From assembly GCF_011386835.1 (NCBI RefSeq), contig NC_088803.1:36394001-36458000 (forward strand): a stretch of 64,000 nucleotides of DNA. The letters run 5' to 3'. Under the pieces are notes generated by a model that saw only the letters and a program-made list of their open reading frames with translations, did no database searches and was not told where the DNA came from. This document shows, one piece after another, positions 12,614 through 26,142 of this stretch; within the stretch, counting starts at the first letter, position 1, and each line of letters starts with the position of its first letter. A program made the position numbers and the translations under genes. This stretch comes from Chrysemys picta bellii (Eukaryota).

Positions 12614-15600
12614 CTGAAACACGGAACAAAAAGTTGGCATTGGTTACAGCTACGATACATCAACTTGTTTCCATGTGACTTGATTGTCCCCAGGCCACTG
12701 GGATGATCAAAGATTGATTTAGGCTGGCTCATTACTTCCTGTTTTGTGACACTGGTTTGTGTTTAGCTTGTGCTAGTTCTGATTAGAGATGCAATCAAAC
12801 CATTAATTGAAACACCTTCCTGGAATGTTGGGAGCTCAAGTGAAATTAACCCCAGAGCTAAGCCTTCCTGGTTTTGGTTGGACTGGTCCCTCTTATGCAC
12901 TGGTTGATTAGGTTGATCATGCACAGTATGCCCTCCCCTGCACCCACTGAGCGTAAATGTTCAGGGCCTGGGTCTCACAGTTAGTGAGTATCTGCAGCTC
13001 TCATTGACTTCAGTGGTGGTTGCAAAGTCTCTGCATCTCTAAACATCAGGTGCTGAGTTCTGTTCCCAGGAAAGCAAACTGGCACCAAACCTGTACCCTG
13101 TTTAAAACCTAATTAAACCTCATCACCTCCCTCTGAGGTGGGTAAGTAAGTGCTATCAGCAACAATGGGAAGGGCTTGTCCCGAGAGATAAGTGAACTGG
13201 CTATTCCCTAGGATAATATAAATCTAGACTCTATAAAGTACTAGTAAATGCACTATAGAGAACATTCCTGGCTCCCAGGGATCAACTGGGTGGGACCAAG
13301 CAAGGCCTCTCCATTGATAGTTTTGGGGATTCTATCAAATTAAACCCTTTCCCACTGAATTTTTCAAATTGAGAGATTTTCACAGCTTCTAAATATGACG
13401 TGGTTGAGCCAAAGTCCCTCATGGGGCTGCTAGTTTGCCATTCACCTTCATGCTGTCCTTGGACCAAGTACAAGAGACTGGATCCCAGCCACAAACGGGG
13501 ACTTTTCATTTGAGAACAATCACCAATGAAATGAAATAATACTAATACAGATTCCCTAGCGCGCATGCTTCCGCCTGGCTCCCAGCCAGCATCGCATCAG
13601 TTCATGCCGAGGTTTCCCGGGCTGGAACCCAATGCATTCAGAATAGCCAGCTCTTCAAGCAAGGCTATTCAGTAACCACACTGAAATGCAACAGCTCTGG
13701 CTGTGGACCCACTCCCTTCAGCTGGTGTTGGAGGCATTAGCTCACTGGAATGGCACCTGTTCTCCCTGTTGGTGGCTGAACTAACTCCACATATTGGCTT
13801 GATTGCTGCTGATGCCATGTTATATGTGACCTCACAGGGTATGGCTGGTAACTAACAGCGCTAGGCTCTGCTTCAAGCCTGTAACAAAATGAAGCCTTGC
13901 AGATATTTATCCTTAGTATAAAAAGCACTTCCAGGACTGAAACATTTTTATGGGGTGAGTGATTTGTCTCGCCAGCATCAGCCTCTAAAGACTGGCATTG
14001 CCAGCAAAGCCAGAATGGGCTAGAAATGATTCCAGAGCTTGTTAATATGGCTAATAGAATTGCTAACCAGGGTCAGAGCACTTTTTTCCCCTTCCCACCC
14101 CCTGCCCCAGCACCATGGCAGAGCTGTAATTATCTATTACTCTAGGAGCTGTTCCATGTCACTGGATAGGTCAATGCCTTCTGCTGGTGACAGGATGCTA
14201 CCACATGTGCATCGTCTGCCCTCATTTAGATGTGTGCAACCCTAATGGGGACAATGTAAAGTCACATCTGTAAGGGGGAGCTCAGTGGGGTTGCATTAAT
14301 AAAACAGAATATAGCCCGCTGAGCCAAGTGTCTGAGAAGAGTCTTTCAGACTGAACCAACTCTGGGTCCTGGCCTGGTCCATAAGCAGGAACCTCTGGGA
14401 AGCTAGGAGGGTTGGTGACAAGTGGTCCTTTGCTTTGTCTAAGATGCATTTGTTGAAACTTTGGGGATTCAGCAAGACCAGCCCGTCCAACTAAACCTAA
14501 AAGAAGGCCTCCGAATGAGTGGGGAACCTTCCTGCTTTTGCTGAATGCCTTCTCTGAGCAGCGTGAGAAGGGAGTGCTGGAGCCGAGGAGAGGAGGACAG
14601 CCGCCGATCTGCCAAGACTCCCTTGTTTTTGGAATCTATTTTAAGACGTTTTTTAAAGTCTCTCCATTCCTAAGGTGACAGGCTTTGTGATGAGTGTCGT
14701 GATGACAGAGTTAAAACCTCCCTCCTAAGCCTTTGAAGTCTCCCGGCTTGCTCATCCCAGTCTGACGGCCCTGAACTGGCCAGCTCTGCTCTGACAAATG
14801 AAGGGAGCTCAGGAAAGCACTGGTGAGTCATTGCCTCAGCAAAGAGAGCCGGGCCCTCTCTCCTTGCACCCGTGGGGTGAAGCACCTGGGCAGGGCAGTG
14901 TGTGGGAGCTCGCCCTGCCACTAACCAGGCTGCATTTGCTCTGGATAGAAAAAGGGATTCAATCCCCAGGGCTGGCAATTCTATGCTACTCACTAGCACT
15001 GCATTCACGTAACACCAAATATAAACATCTCCCCTACAGCCCTCCTTAACAGCTGCCATCCCCTTTCATTTCCTCCAAACTGGCAATATACCAACCTGTC
15101 CTCTGACTGCAGGCACTCACCAGCTCAGCCCCTGTGCACTAAAAGCACCAGCAAAGCCCTTCCCAGGCACATTCCAGGGAGAGGAACGTCAGAGCCCGGT
15201 GCTACTGGCCAGGACACCAGAGCAAGCTGCTTTTGGCAGGCTATGAAAGCTTCTCATCAGACAGTGTGACATCCCACTAGGTGGCAAAACTCTGCAGGAC
15301 TATTAGGTCTAAGCAGAGGTTGAGCAAAAACCACAACTGGCATTGATTTTGCCAAACCTCATTGGCCCTGGCTGGGTCAGAGCTAGGCCCCATTTTATCC
15401 AAACTCATAAAGGTTGTTGAGGTGGAGAGTTGAATAAGTGTTTCCAGTTTCACCACATCTCTGCACATGCACTCTCATAATGACAATGTATAGAAATAAT
15501 AGAGTTGTCACAGCTGGGGATGGTGAAGAGGCCTGGAACACAGCCCAAAACTCAAACCAAATACAAAAACTGTAGTCCTGCTGGGGAGCCTGGCTCATAA

Positions 15601-15789
15601 AGGAGAATGGGGACATGAGGGGCATGAACTACAACTCCCATGAGGCACTGTGGTGACATTTCCAAATTGCAATGTTTGGTTTTCAACTGCAAGTTTTAAG
15701 TTTCGACTGTAAGCTTTTTGGTTTTGGAATGTTTGGTTGTCAAAGAAAAGCTGAACTTTTTCTTGAAGAGCAGACACTTTTCACCAACA

Positions 15790-15871
15790 AAAAGAACGAG
15801 GAGTACTTGTGGCACCTTAGAGACTAACAAATTTATTTGAGCATAAGCTTTCGTGAGCTAAAACCCACTTC
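15790..15871 (-). mobile_element. Short Penelope-like retroelement terminal fragment
   Basis: AAAAGAACGAGGAGTACTTGTGGCACCTTAGAGACTAACAAATTTATTTGAGCATAAGCTTTCGTG; flanked by a 13-bp duplication CTTTTCACCAACA (15777-15789, 15872-15884). Family name from memory. Confidence 0.7.
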
Positions 15872-15958
15872 CTTTTCACCAACAGTTTCCTTGAGCCGAA
15901 ACCCAATTTTCCATCAAAACCCCATTTTGATGATGAATTTTGACCCACCCCTCCTTAC

Positions 15959-16151
15959 CTCCTGTGAAGTTCTTCTCCATGTAGTCAATGATCTGGTTAT
16001 AGTCGCTGATGATGTTGTCTCCGTGGATAATCACGGGCACCTCCTCCCCGAGGTTGAGACGCATGAACCAGGGCTCTTTGTGCTCAGTCAGGGGCATGCT
16101 GACATCCCGCTCCTCGCAAGGCAGCCCCTTCTCCGCGATGACCAGGCGGAC
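15959..16151 (-). CDS. GDAP1L1: GDAP1L1 coding exon 2 (193 nt), GST N-terminal domain
   Basis: ctgctgtag|GTCCGC...GGAG|gtaagg; translates VRLVIAEKGLPCEERDVSMPLTEHKEPWFMRLNLGEEVPVIIHGDNIISDYNQIIDYMEKNFTG. Confidence 0.97.
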
Positions 16152-16494
16152 CTACAGCAGGAAGCAAGGGCAGAGAAGTCTCATTGCTGCCCACCGGGCA
16201 CTGCATATGGTCTCCCACACCCACAAGGTCTACTGGACAGTGATGCTCAGCCACTTGTGGCTCTTTGGGGCCCTGTGTTGCATTGTAGAGTTCACAGGGC
16301 TGATTGGAGCTCCTCTTACCAAAGGGCATTCAGTAGAGTGCCCATCCTGGGATTATTCCTCGAGCCACCTGACATGTACTATGTAGTAGGACATCAGGAG
16401 GAGCCCTAAGCCCAACATACCAGAGTCTCTGGCATCTCTCCCAGCAGCCAAGAAGGAGGTAGAAGACAGAGGAGATATTTTGTCACAGAAACTT

Positions 16495-16900
16495 ATTATT
16501 TATATTATAATTTCTAGGACCAGCCATCATGGAGCAGGACCCTGTTGTTCTAGGTGCTGTACAACACAGAACAGACAGCCCCTTCCCCAAAGAGCTTACA
16601 ATCTAAATATAAGATCAGACAACAGATGAATACAGACCAATGGGGGAAAGGAAACAATGAGACCATATTGACCAGCACGATAGGCAGTAGTCTCTGCACA
16701 CCAGCAGCCAAGTGTTTTGTAGGCCTGGCAGCGAAGGAGAGCTGTAAGGAGGGTTTTGAAGGTGGATAATGAGTTGGGTTTGTGGAAGTTTATGGGGAGC
16801 TTCTCGTAGGAATGAGGGGCAGCTTGGGAGAAAGTGTGAAGGTGCTCATTTGAAAATGTAATGAGTGATGGCAGCTGGCATCACGGGCTGATCAGAGACA
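16495..16900 (-). mobile_element. Old L2 LINE 3' remnant
   Basis: L2-type tail CTAGGTGCTGTACAACACAGAA...CCCCAAAGAGCTTACAATCTA followed by purine-rich L2 body; a similar tail is at about 24640-24745. Confidence 0.55.
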
Positions 16901-17629
16901 GCAGTAATCTCAGCATGCTGTCCTCCTCTTGTGCCATTATGTTTCATCACAATGGCGCCTCTGAACACGATATCCCTGAGACACAATGACACATCATGAT
17001 GCCCACATTGCAAATCTAGGACAGGACAGTATCAGGTGATTGTCGGGCACCTCCCTTACATGCCGAAGTGTCTGACGTCACTTATACATGGAGTATCGTT
17101 GCCACAGCAGGGGAAGGCTCGCTATTTTCCTCGCTCCTGCCAGTCAGTGCTCCCTTGGGAATATTTCTGGTTCCAAAAACAGAGGGGAGTGTCATGGGGA
17201 GAGGAGAATGCAAATGTCCAACAGGGAGAATCCTGCCACGTATTGCAATCCCCTTCCCATTCCCTTTGTTTTCCTAGCACTAGCTTTTCTCTCTGTCCCT
17301 CCATGCGGTCAGAGAGCCTTATACTCCACAGCTCCTGCTCTGTGAGACAGTCTCCATCCATCCCTCCACCTTGCATCTCCTTCCTCCTTTGCCTCTGTTC
17401 ACTCCCTGACTCCTATTATTTATCCCTGTGAAGGATTTGGGGTGATATGCTTTGTATGAAGATGCTGTACATAAAGGTCCCTCGTATCCTGTAGCCGGTA
17501 GCTTCTCTCTTTCCTTTCTCCTGGCCCTCGTTGCTAGAGACATTTTGCATTATAGAAGGGTCTGGCTTTGTGAATTCTCCTGCTACATGGTTAGAGCAGG
17601 GAACTGGGAGCCAAGACTAATTAGTTCTG

Positions 17630-17850
17630 ATGATTTTATGTTTTCTTCCTGGTCATTGATAAAAATGTTAAATAGAGCAGGGCCAAAAACCGATCCCTGT
17701 GGAACCTCACTGGAAACACACCTGCTTGATTACAATTCCCTGTTTACAATTATATTTTGAGACCTATCAGTTAGCCAGTTTTTAATCCATTTATTGTGTG
17801 CCATGTTAATTTTATATTCTAGTTTTTTAATCAAAATACCGTGCATTTGT
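17630..17850 (-). mobile_element. CR1 LINE internal (RT-region) fragment
   Basis: TCATTGATAAAAATGTTAAATAG...CCGATCCCTGTGGAACCTCACTGGAAACA is the typical reverse strand of CR1 RT. Confidence 0.7.
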
Positions 17851-19699
17851 CAGTGTGGCAATTAGTGTGCTTGTGTGTGTAGCTGCGTAACAGGCCTTGT
17901 CTCTGTGAGTGTGCACATTTCTGTGTGCTTCTCTGTGAGGGTGGCAGACACCCGTGTGTGTTAAAGCAAAGCATCTGGCTGATGTTCAGCCATGCACTGC
18001 TTGCACTCCTTCTTGGAGCAAAAGGTTTGGACTAATCAGATCTCTGTGTTTTAGCTCAGACTGTGTCCTGACTTATCACTATCAGCTGGTAAAGGCCAGT
18101 GAATGCTTATAAAGCCCTTAAGCTTCTGTGTGATTGGATTTACGGTTTTATCACCCGATTATCAGTCGCACTGTGAGAGTGGTGTTTTGATCTGCCAATC
18201 TAGTCCCCCCTCCCTTCCAACACTGGGATCTGCTGAGACAGGAAGACATACTGCGCATTTCTACACCACCCACACTATTCAGCAGTTTCACTCCTGGGGA
18301 GCACGACTCAGACCCTTTGTCCGGCTTCTCCATCTTTCGCTGCTCCTTATGTGTTTCTCTTTAAGGTACAGACAGTCACCTCTGGAAATCTTCCTAAAGC
18401 TGCCAGAGAGAAAACACTGCCATACCTAGTACAGTTCAAATGCTTGTCTTAGGGTGATGGAAGGCACCATATTGCTCCCATCTGCCCAGATGGTGCACAT
18501 ACAGAGCTACTGGATCTCATTTAGGGATGCTCCCAAATTCTTGTTGTATGACCCCAGTTCCCCGCTTCATGGGCTGAGTAGGTCTAAACCCAGGGTCATA
18601 ATAAATAATATCACCTAGATCTTACACAGCACTTTTCAGCCAGAGATCTCAAGTCACCTTAGAAAGGAACATCAATATCATTACCCCCATTTTACAAATG
18701 TGGAAACTGAGGCAGAAAGAAACCCAGCAGACCACGGAACAGAACCCAGCTCTTCTGAGTCCTAAGCCTATGTCCTAATTACAGAGCTCCTCTGCTTGAA
18801 TACAAAGTCTTCTGAGGATCAGTGCCATTTAGAGTCATCCTCTGACACCACAGAGCTGGCTTAATAACTCCTTTGCCAAATCCCTCCTTTCTGCTAGTGG
18901 AGGAGGTGTGGCCTGGAAAAAGGGAAACAGCCAATACCACCAGTGTGTGAGTGACCCCCAAATGCTGCATCACCCCCATGAGGCCATTGGCAGGTGGTAC
19001 AGGGATCAGCCAAAGGGTCCATCCCAGAACACACCTGACCCAGGAGCACCATGGAGACACAGGTGGCTTAAAGAACCTGCATGCCCAGTCCTGAGCTGTT
19101 CTGTATATGCATCCCTTACATCTGTATCCCACCCTTTACATGGCTTTGGGACAGCAGGCTTGGCTTCTTCTTCTGAGTCGGGGAGGTCAGGGGTTTAGAT
19201 CAGTGAGTGTCCCACCTTCTTTGGGCAGCTGTGCCAATTTTCGAGTCTAGGCCCTTGGCAGTACCATAGTACCCATTGCCTCCCATTCAGCTGTGCACAA
19301 TCTAACCTGCCAGAGGGGCTGGGCTGCTACAAAACTGACTCCCAATGCAGTGAGCAGCACACGCGTCATGCAGGTTGAACTGTACACAGCTGAATGGGAG
19401 GCAGGCAGTGAGGGCCTGATCCTTAGGGTAGGGAACAGTCAGGGAGCCTGGAGTACCAGTCACAAAAGCATGGCCGGTCACACTGCCCATCCAGCTCTTT
19501 TAGAGGCACCCAGTCCTGTTTCATTTGCACCCTCACATACAAAATTGCACTGAGACTTGATTTTTGTTGTTATTTGTCAGATCTTCCTAGGCACATGGAA
19601 CATGAACCAGTTATATTTTTCCAGGCACTCAACAAATTGCCCTGATGCATGGTATTAATACCAAGATGTTTGTTTTCTACTTGTTCTAAATAAAAATAA

Positions 19700-19860
19700 C
19701 TCCAGGGGTGACAGGTGGGCTGTGACATGGGACTTGGAGATGTGAGTTCTGTTCCTGACTCTGCCACAGACTTTCCATGTGAACGTAGGTAAATAACTAA
19801 ACCTCTGTGCCTCAGTTTCCCCATCTGTAAAATTGGAACAATGATAGCAACCACACAGGG
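19700..19860 (+). mobile_element. MIR/CORE-SINE remnant
   Basis: CORE motif CTCTGTGCCTCAGTTTCCCCATCTGTAAAAT. Similar remnants at about 18600-18720 (-), 20825-20960 (-), 26680-26830 (+) and 30425-30620 (+). Confidence 0.65.
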
Positions 19861-20023
19861 GCAGGAGGATTTGAGATCGAATTAGTAACACTTGCAAAGT
19901 GCGTCCAGATCCTCACATAGAAAACATTAGAGAAGTGCAAAGTCTAACGTGTATAAAATGCATTGGCCAACATTTTCAAACCCACATGTTCAATATTAGA
20001 CCACCAAGCCCATATTTAAGGTT

Positions 20024-20106
20024 CTGATTTTCAAAGGTGCTGAACAGTCGCAACTCCCATTGACTTCTAGAAGAGTTGTGGGTGTTCAGCACCTCTAAAA
20101 ATCAGG
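20024..20106. repeat. Short palindromic (hairpin) interspersed repeat
   Basis: Arms CTGATTTTCAAAGGTGCTGAACA / TGTTCAGCACCTCTAAAAATCAG around a CTCCCATTGACTTC core. Related palindromes at about 8826-8900 and 21742-21812. Confidence 0.65.
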
Positions 20107-21124
20107 CCACTTAATTTTGAATCCGCAATGAGAACTTAGGAGTCTAATTTTAGACATGCAGGTTTTGAAAATGTTCACTACTATGACTTAGGTAGGGCAC
20201 ACTACTAAAAAAAAACCCCAAAACTGGTGTGACACCTAACAGGTGCCTAACACACAACTTCTGAATTAAAAATAAACAATCAATTGTTTTCTTACAACTA
20301 GAATTTGCTAAAAATAAAACTTTAAAAAATTAGCATTTTAATTAGAGCCTCCAAACAAAGAGTTTGCAAAACTAGCAATTAATTATTTACAGGATCGACA
20401 ATTTATTTTTTCCTTTTAACATAAAACAAGTAAAAGCCGGTACCCCTTGTTTTCAGATTCCTTTCTCTCTGCCCGTGTTGCTGAAAGGGAATTAAACCCA
20501 GAAGGGACAGTGCTGGGCTAACCGGTCCTTCCACTGAGGACAATTGCCCCATTCCCCTTTTCTAATCAATGAGCCATTGAGAAGCCAGTGGTCTGGTCTA
20601 GAGCTGACAAGAGAAGCAGAGCTTGCAGCAGGGGTCACCACACAGGTCCAGCAGGTACGGTGCCAATTGTGCCCACTGCATCCCTGGCACAGCAACCTGC
20701 TACCCATCATTACCTGACAATAGTCATCAGGTGCTTTGTGTTTCTGTAGCACCTCCCATCCCAAGCTCTCAGAGCATCTTCTAAACATTAAGGAACGAAA
20801 CCTCACAGGCCCACAGGTTGGTGGGTGCAATTATCCTCATTTTGCAGATGGGGAATTGAGGCCTGGAGTGGGGAAGTGACTTGCCCAAGGTCACACAGTG
20901 AATAAGTGCCAAAATCACAAATGGACTCTAAGGCTTCTACTCCCAGAGTTGTCCATTAACCACTAGACCATGCTTCCTCCCTGGATGTGGAGGAGGCTTC
21001 CACTCAAGCTAAGAGAGAGCCACCATGAGCTCAGACTCCATTTCAGAGCCCGGAGTGGAAGAGGATTCTTATGATAATAAGCACTGGCGTACTGGGACAA
21101 GCCTCTCTCTACGAAATAACCTTT

Positions 21125-21563
21125 GGTGCATTTTGGTTCTGATGCAAGCAGCAAGCTCGACAGCCCTGGAGACGGATCTCCTCTAGTCACAGAACATGTA
21201 CAGCACGCACAGCAGCAGGGCAGCCTTCCCACACACAGCGCCCTCCACCAGTGTAGCTCCACCCTGACTACAGGTCAGGAACTGTATCTAGACTAAGAGA
21301 AGAATTCATTCTATCAGGCTTATTCAGTGCTTGAACTCTCAGTTGAGGCTGCCAAGAAGGAGGGTGTTCAGACTAATTGCTATGGCAATTTTTATCACAT
21401 AGAAACCTGATCTGCTAGGAACTGGACTAAGACCCACCAACTCGTTTCATACAAGCGACACCAAAGAGCTGTCGGAAGGTAATTACTTTGGGTTACAACT
21501 GACCTGGGCTGGATTTGAACTGATAACCAAGCTGTGAAGTGCTCACTAATCAAAGCAGTCCCC
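21125..21563 (-). mobile_element. Near full-length LF-SINE in GDAP1L1 intron 1
   Basis: The minus strand reads GTTCAAATCCAGCCCAGGTCAG...GAGTTGGTGGGTCTTAGTCCAGTTCCTAG...GTGCTGTACATGTTCTGTG...GTCTCCAGGGCTGTC, colinear with the LF-SINE consensus as I recall it. Confidence 0.8.
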
Positions 21564-23887
21564 TGAATCTCCATGTCAGCTGCTGAGAAACTGTCTGTAA
21601 TAGCCTGCAAGGGATTCGGCCACCAGATCCAACGACCTTGCCTAGCTAGACTATTTCTTTGGAAAAATCATAGGTCTGGGTTCCAGATGTGCACAGCTGT
21701 ATAAGAGCCACTGACAATACATCTGCATCCCAGAGACCTAGGGTGAAATCCTGGCTCCACTGAAGTCCAGGGGTGCTTTGCCACTGACATCAATAGGCCA
21801 CAAACTCACCCCTGAAGTCTGAGAGGGACCATCAATTAACGGCAGAAGGTCCAAGGCCTGGTTTAGAAACACTGGGCCAAATGTATACCTGGTGTAACTA
21901 ACCCAGCTGGGTTATACAGGAGTGAATCTGGTTCTTTGGCTTGTGCAAGTTACCCTGCTTCCCTCCCCATCTTCCCCAGCTTGTTTCTGTAGGAGACGGT
22001 CTTATGCTCTGGCCATGGTGCTGAATGGGGAGGCTGGACCCAAACCTAGAACAAGGAACCCCAGGTGTTTCCTTGCATGGTGCTAGATCAGGTGGCCTGG
22101 CTGTGCGGAGCATGTCAGAGTACTTCTATCATCAGGCATCTGCCCAGAAATTTGAAGTTTTGTATAGTGCCAGACACCTTGATTGAAAGAAGAAACCTTT
22201 TCAAATTAAAAGCCTACTTCGCAGCAATGAGGGCCAAATCAGGGGTCAGCAGATGCTCCCCATGTCTTAGGGTTTGCCCCTGGAATCCCACCCAATTAGT
22301 CAATATTCAACAACCTTGGCAGCAAGATGATTGATCTGTGTAATTAGTCAGGGAGACAGGGGATTGGAAACAGCTTTACTCCTAGAGGATTTTTAACAAC
22401 ACCTCTAACATAAAGGAAATTTCCTACCAGAAAGAGGGTTTGAAGGATATTTAGATACCTGGCATGGATTTGCTTTCTCCAGCATGCTGTGTCCATTACA
22501 CTTACATATACAGTACTATGCACTGTAATATTTAGCAGGTTGTCTTGCTAGTTAATCCCTAGTTACAGTGAACATGTTTCAGGGTGTTATTTCTTTGCAA
22601 GTGACTTTAAAAAAATCAGATTGGGATTTCAATAAATAATATGAGATTGTGCACTGTGACTTTAAATGTGCCCTATAGTGTTCATGGAGTGGTTCTGGCA
22701 AAGGTAGGGCTAGGCCTGGATTGGTTGTAGAAAATCCTGTGTGAGTGGCTGGTTAACTGTTTCCCTCCCAATGCTGGGAGACAAATGAGAAAAGCAATAG
22801 ATAAAGATAGAAATAGCAACCTCCCAAAGGGGACATTGCAATGCAGGGAAGGAAGGAAAGATAGGAGTCAGATTGTTTACCCTAAAGACTCAGCTCTGCT
22901 AATGCAGAATAAACACTTTAGTTAGAAGAGAGGGAAGAAAGGACTCAACATTTGTAGACATCTGGCTGCACTGTGTGCCCTAGGATTTCTCTGTGCACAC
23001 ACACAAACCCGTCCTCCCCCCTCCTTGCTCCCCCCCACAGCCTCACTGAATGTGCTTGGGGTGAAGGGAGAACATTCTGCTCTCATGGGAACCCAGGGCC
23101 CTTGCAGCTTGAAAACTTTATGTTCACCTTCTCCACTATGAATAATTCAGCTCACATATATAATGAATGTAAGGAGAACAACTGGGGCTGTTGGTGACTA
23201 AGAAAATAAGGTCAGGTTTGTTGAACGCTGGCTATCCTGAGCTGCAGAATAGAACATTCACTATTGACTGGAGAATATGATTGATTGTTATTTGTTACTA
23301 AAATCCGTGCATGGCAGCTCTGAACTGACTCAGAGAGTCGAGGGAACAGGATTTCAGTAGCATTGCTGCAGCATCAGGAGCAAATGCATTGTTTGGCACA
23401 GTGCTGAGTCCGCTTTTCAAATCCATGGATACAATTCTGTACCAGGATGTATAGGAACTAATGGTGACCATTGTACATATGGCTACCGTCCCCTCCCCCA
23501 ACACCAGGAGACTCCTAGCTAGCCAATATTTCAATGCAATTGTCTTTGTCTACCCTTCTCCCTCTCAGGTGAGATTCAGGTGTTAGATGAAGCAGGATCA
23601 TAAATTAGAAACATCTCCCAGTACAAAATCTGATCCCAGAGCAAAGGCAGAATTACAGTGAACCCCCCACCTCCTGCCACCCCAGACAGAGTCTGTCAAA
23701 ATGCAGAAATACAGGCACAAAACACACCGCTATTTAGATATTCTGGTTGCCAGCTGCACCCCTATTCATCTCTGAATAGCCAATCTACTCATCCCACAAA
23801 ACACCCATCCAAGCTGTTCTCCCAAGTCAGGGATATGCCCTGGATATTGGAGGTGATTCTTCCCTGGGAATTCAGCACAGCATTTAC

Positions 23888-24067
23888 CTTTTGTGAGCTG
23901 AAAGACTGGGTCCAGTGATACAAAACCAGCCTATCCTTGGATCTGAGAGCGGGGTCTGTTGGGTCCTGGCTGTCCTCAACCTCCGCAGATTTCCCTGCAT
24001 CATTCTCAAGAGCTGAAATGGGCCACCAGCTGCAGTTGGTGGGAGTAGCATTGTTGGGAGTCGCCAT
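23888..24067 (-). CDS. GDAP1L1: GDAP1L1 coding exon 1 (180 nt), ganglioside-induced differentiation-associated protein 1-like 1
   Basis: ggctgtcATG; translates MATPNNATPTNCSWWPISALENDAGKSAEVEDSQDPTDPALRSKDRLVLYHWTQSFSSQK, then |gtaaat. All five exons join in frame. Confidence 0.97.
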
Positions 24068-25952
24068 GACAGCCTGAGATTGGAAGAACAGGGGAAGGAG
24101 AGAGCAGCAGCAGCTGCACTATCCAAGCATCACATGGGCTCATGGAAACAGCATCATTACTCAAGCAAGTGGACTGAATTTCATTACACGCTCGGTATTA
24201 GGTGGGGGACGCCAGGCAGCAGAATCAGAATCGGGTCTGATTTTACAAAAGCAGGGGATTGTGTGTGTTAAATCACAGCCCGTTTACACTCAGGCCAGGG
24301 CTTCCACTGAAACATACTACACTGGGCATGCATTGTTTCACTGGAACAGAGCAGAAACAGTCCTTGCTACCTGTGCTACCCACTCAGGAGTCCACATGCA
24401 ACTCCAAACCCCACATCTCATTAGGAATGTTTTGGCAATTGATACTAACATTTGGATCACTTTATATTTGATAGATATTGAATAAACTGATTCATAAATA
24501 AATGTGGTCTGTAAAATGTCCAGCAGGTGCTTTCCTACCTACAGCCCTGTATGGAACAAAGAAGCAAGGATTCGTCAAATGGTCTTGTGTTTCTGTATGT
24601 TCCGATTAACTATTAATTAATTATTACAATTTATTTGTATTGCAGTAATACCTAGGGATCCCAGTCACGAACCAGGATCCCAATGTGCTAGGTGGTGTAC
24701 CAGCACAGAACAAAAAGACAGTCCTTGCCCCAAAGAGCTCACAAATGTGGGTTACAATTATTTACAGAAGTGATGGCTCAAATTTCAAGAATTGGGAACA
24801 TGCCTTTCATATGCAATTATTGTAATTATGCATGCAGTTAGAGTCAATGCTCATGTCAATGTCCGGCTAGACATCTAAGGGCCTTCTGTGGGTGCAATTA
24901 TTTTGACTTTGAGTACTTTCACTGTATGTGGGGATACAGATTGGTTGTGCACATTCACATGATAACGAACACAGAGTTCTGGAATCAGGGCCTATAGGCC
25001 TCACTATTTGACTTCATATCTAGCAACACTTCCTGACAGTGTGCTCTGTCATCTGTACCACTGAAACAGTCTCCCAAGAAAAATGCTAGAAGCACCATTT
25101 AAGATTAGACTGACTAAAGTCTGGGAAAATAAAATAAATCCTGGATGGGCTGGGAGGATGAGCTCAATCACTGAGGGGAACTAAATCTGTGCCCACACAA
25201 GATGCACGTGCAAAATGTGCTGGTGCACGTTTGCACATGTGAAAACCTTGTAACAAATTGTGTCTCGCTGCTGGTTTGTGTGCACAAGGGCTAGGCTTGG
25301 AATGCATGAAAGGACAGACCTGCACATTTTGCTAGGGCATTTTCAGAGACCGGTCCCCATGGGGCTTTCCCATCTCCAGCTTCTTTTGATCCCCTGACTT
25401 TGCCCCTAATGCTACAAATGTAGAACTAACCCTCTGGGGTGAGGGGTGGCTGGAGGGGGACTGAGACATTTGGTGAAATGTGCCCCTGCTTTAGAGCATT
25501 TAACAGGAGCTCCCCACCTCATTCGCCACAGGCATTGTCTATGGGGTGACATGCAAGGTGGGTCTGGCCTCCACAAATAGATTTTTAAATGAGCCAGATT
25601 TCTTTTAAAAACCATTTATTGGGGGAGGTTAAAAGAGTTAAAATGAATCAGCATTTCGCAGTGCATTGTGTCCCACAAGAGGGAAGAGCTGGGGGTTAGG
25701 AAGGGCTATTGCTGCCCTTGCTCCTTTATCCTCTTCAGTCTCATGAAACAATCACGGAAGAGATTCTCTCTCTATAGCAAGGGCTTGCAAAGTGCAGCTG
25801 GAGGCCTCAGCGCAGCCTGGGAAGACTAACAGAAACAGCTGTTCATCTCTAGCGTTTATGACAGGGAAACTCAAGCAGCAGTCAATTTCTACTCAACTGC
25901 CAAGAGAGATCCAGCCCGCAGCCTTGAGGCTGTGCATGCTGTATTACAGGTA

Positions 25953-26142
25953 CACCTCTACCCCGATATAATGCGACCTGATATAACACAAATTCGGATA
26001 TAACGCGGTAAAGCAGTGCTCCAGGGGGAGGGGGGACTGCGCACTCTGGCGGATCAAAGCAAGTTCGATATATCGCGGTTTCACCTATAACGTGGTAAGA
26101 TTTTTTGGCTCCCGAGGACAGTGTTCTATCGAGGTAGAGGTG
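25953..26142. mobile_element. Tc1/mariner (Tigger/pogo-like) MITE (190 bp)
   Basis: TIR CACCTCTACCCCGATA / TATCGAGGTAGAGGTG with TA dinucleotides on both flanks. Confidence 0.85.

Noticed and set aside
15837-16409. 190-aa plus-strand ORF
   Set aside because: Antisense shadow of GDAP1L1 exon 2 plus a repeat fragment. The same applies to 31325..31879, 50944..51461 and 57678..58376 over real exons.
23860-24300. REST/NRSE site near the neuronal GDAP1L1 promoter
   Set aside because: Only the half-site TTCAGCAC (23871) was found, without the GGACAG half.
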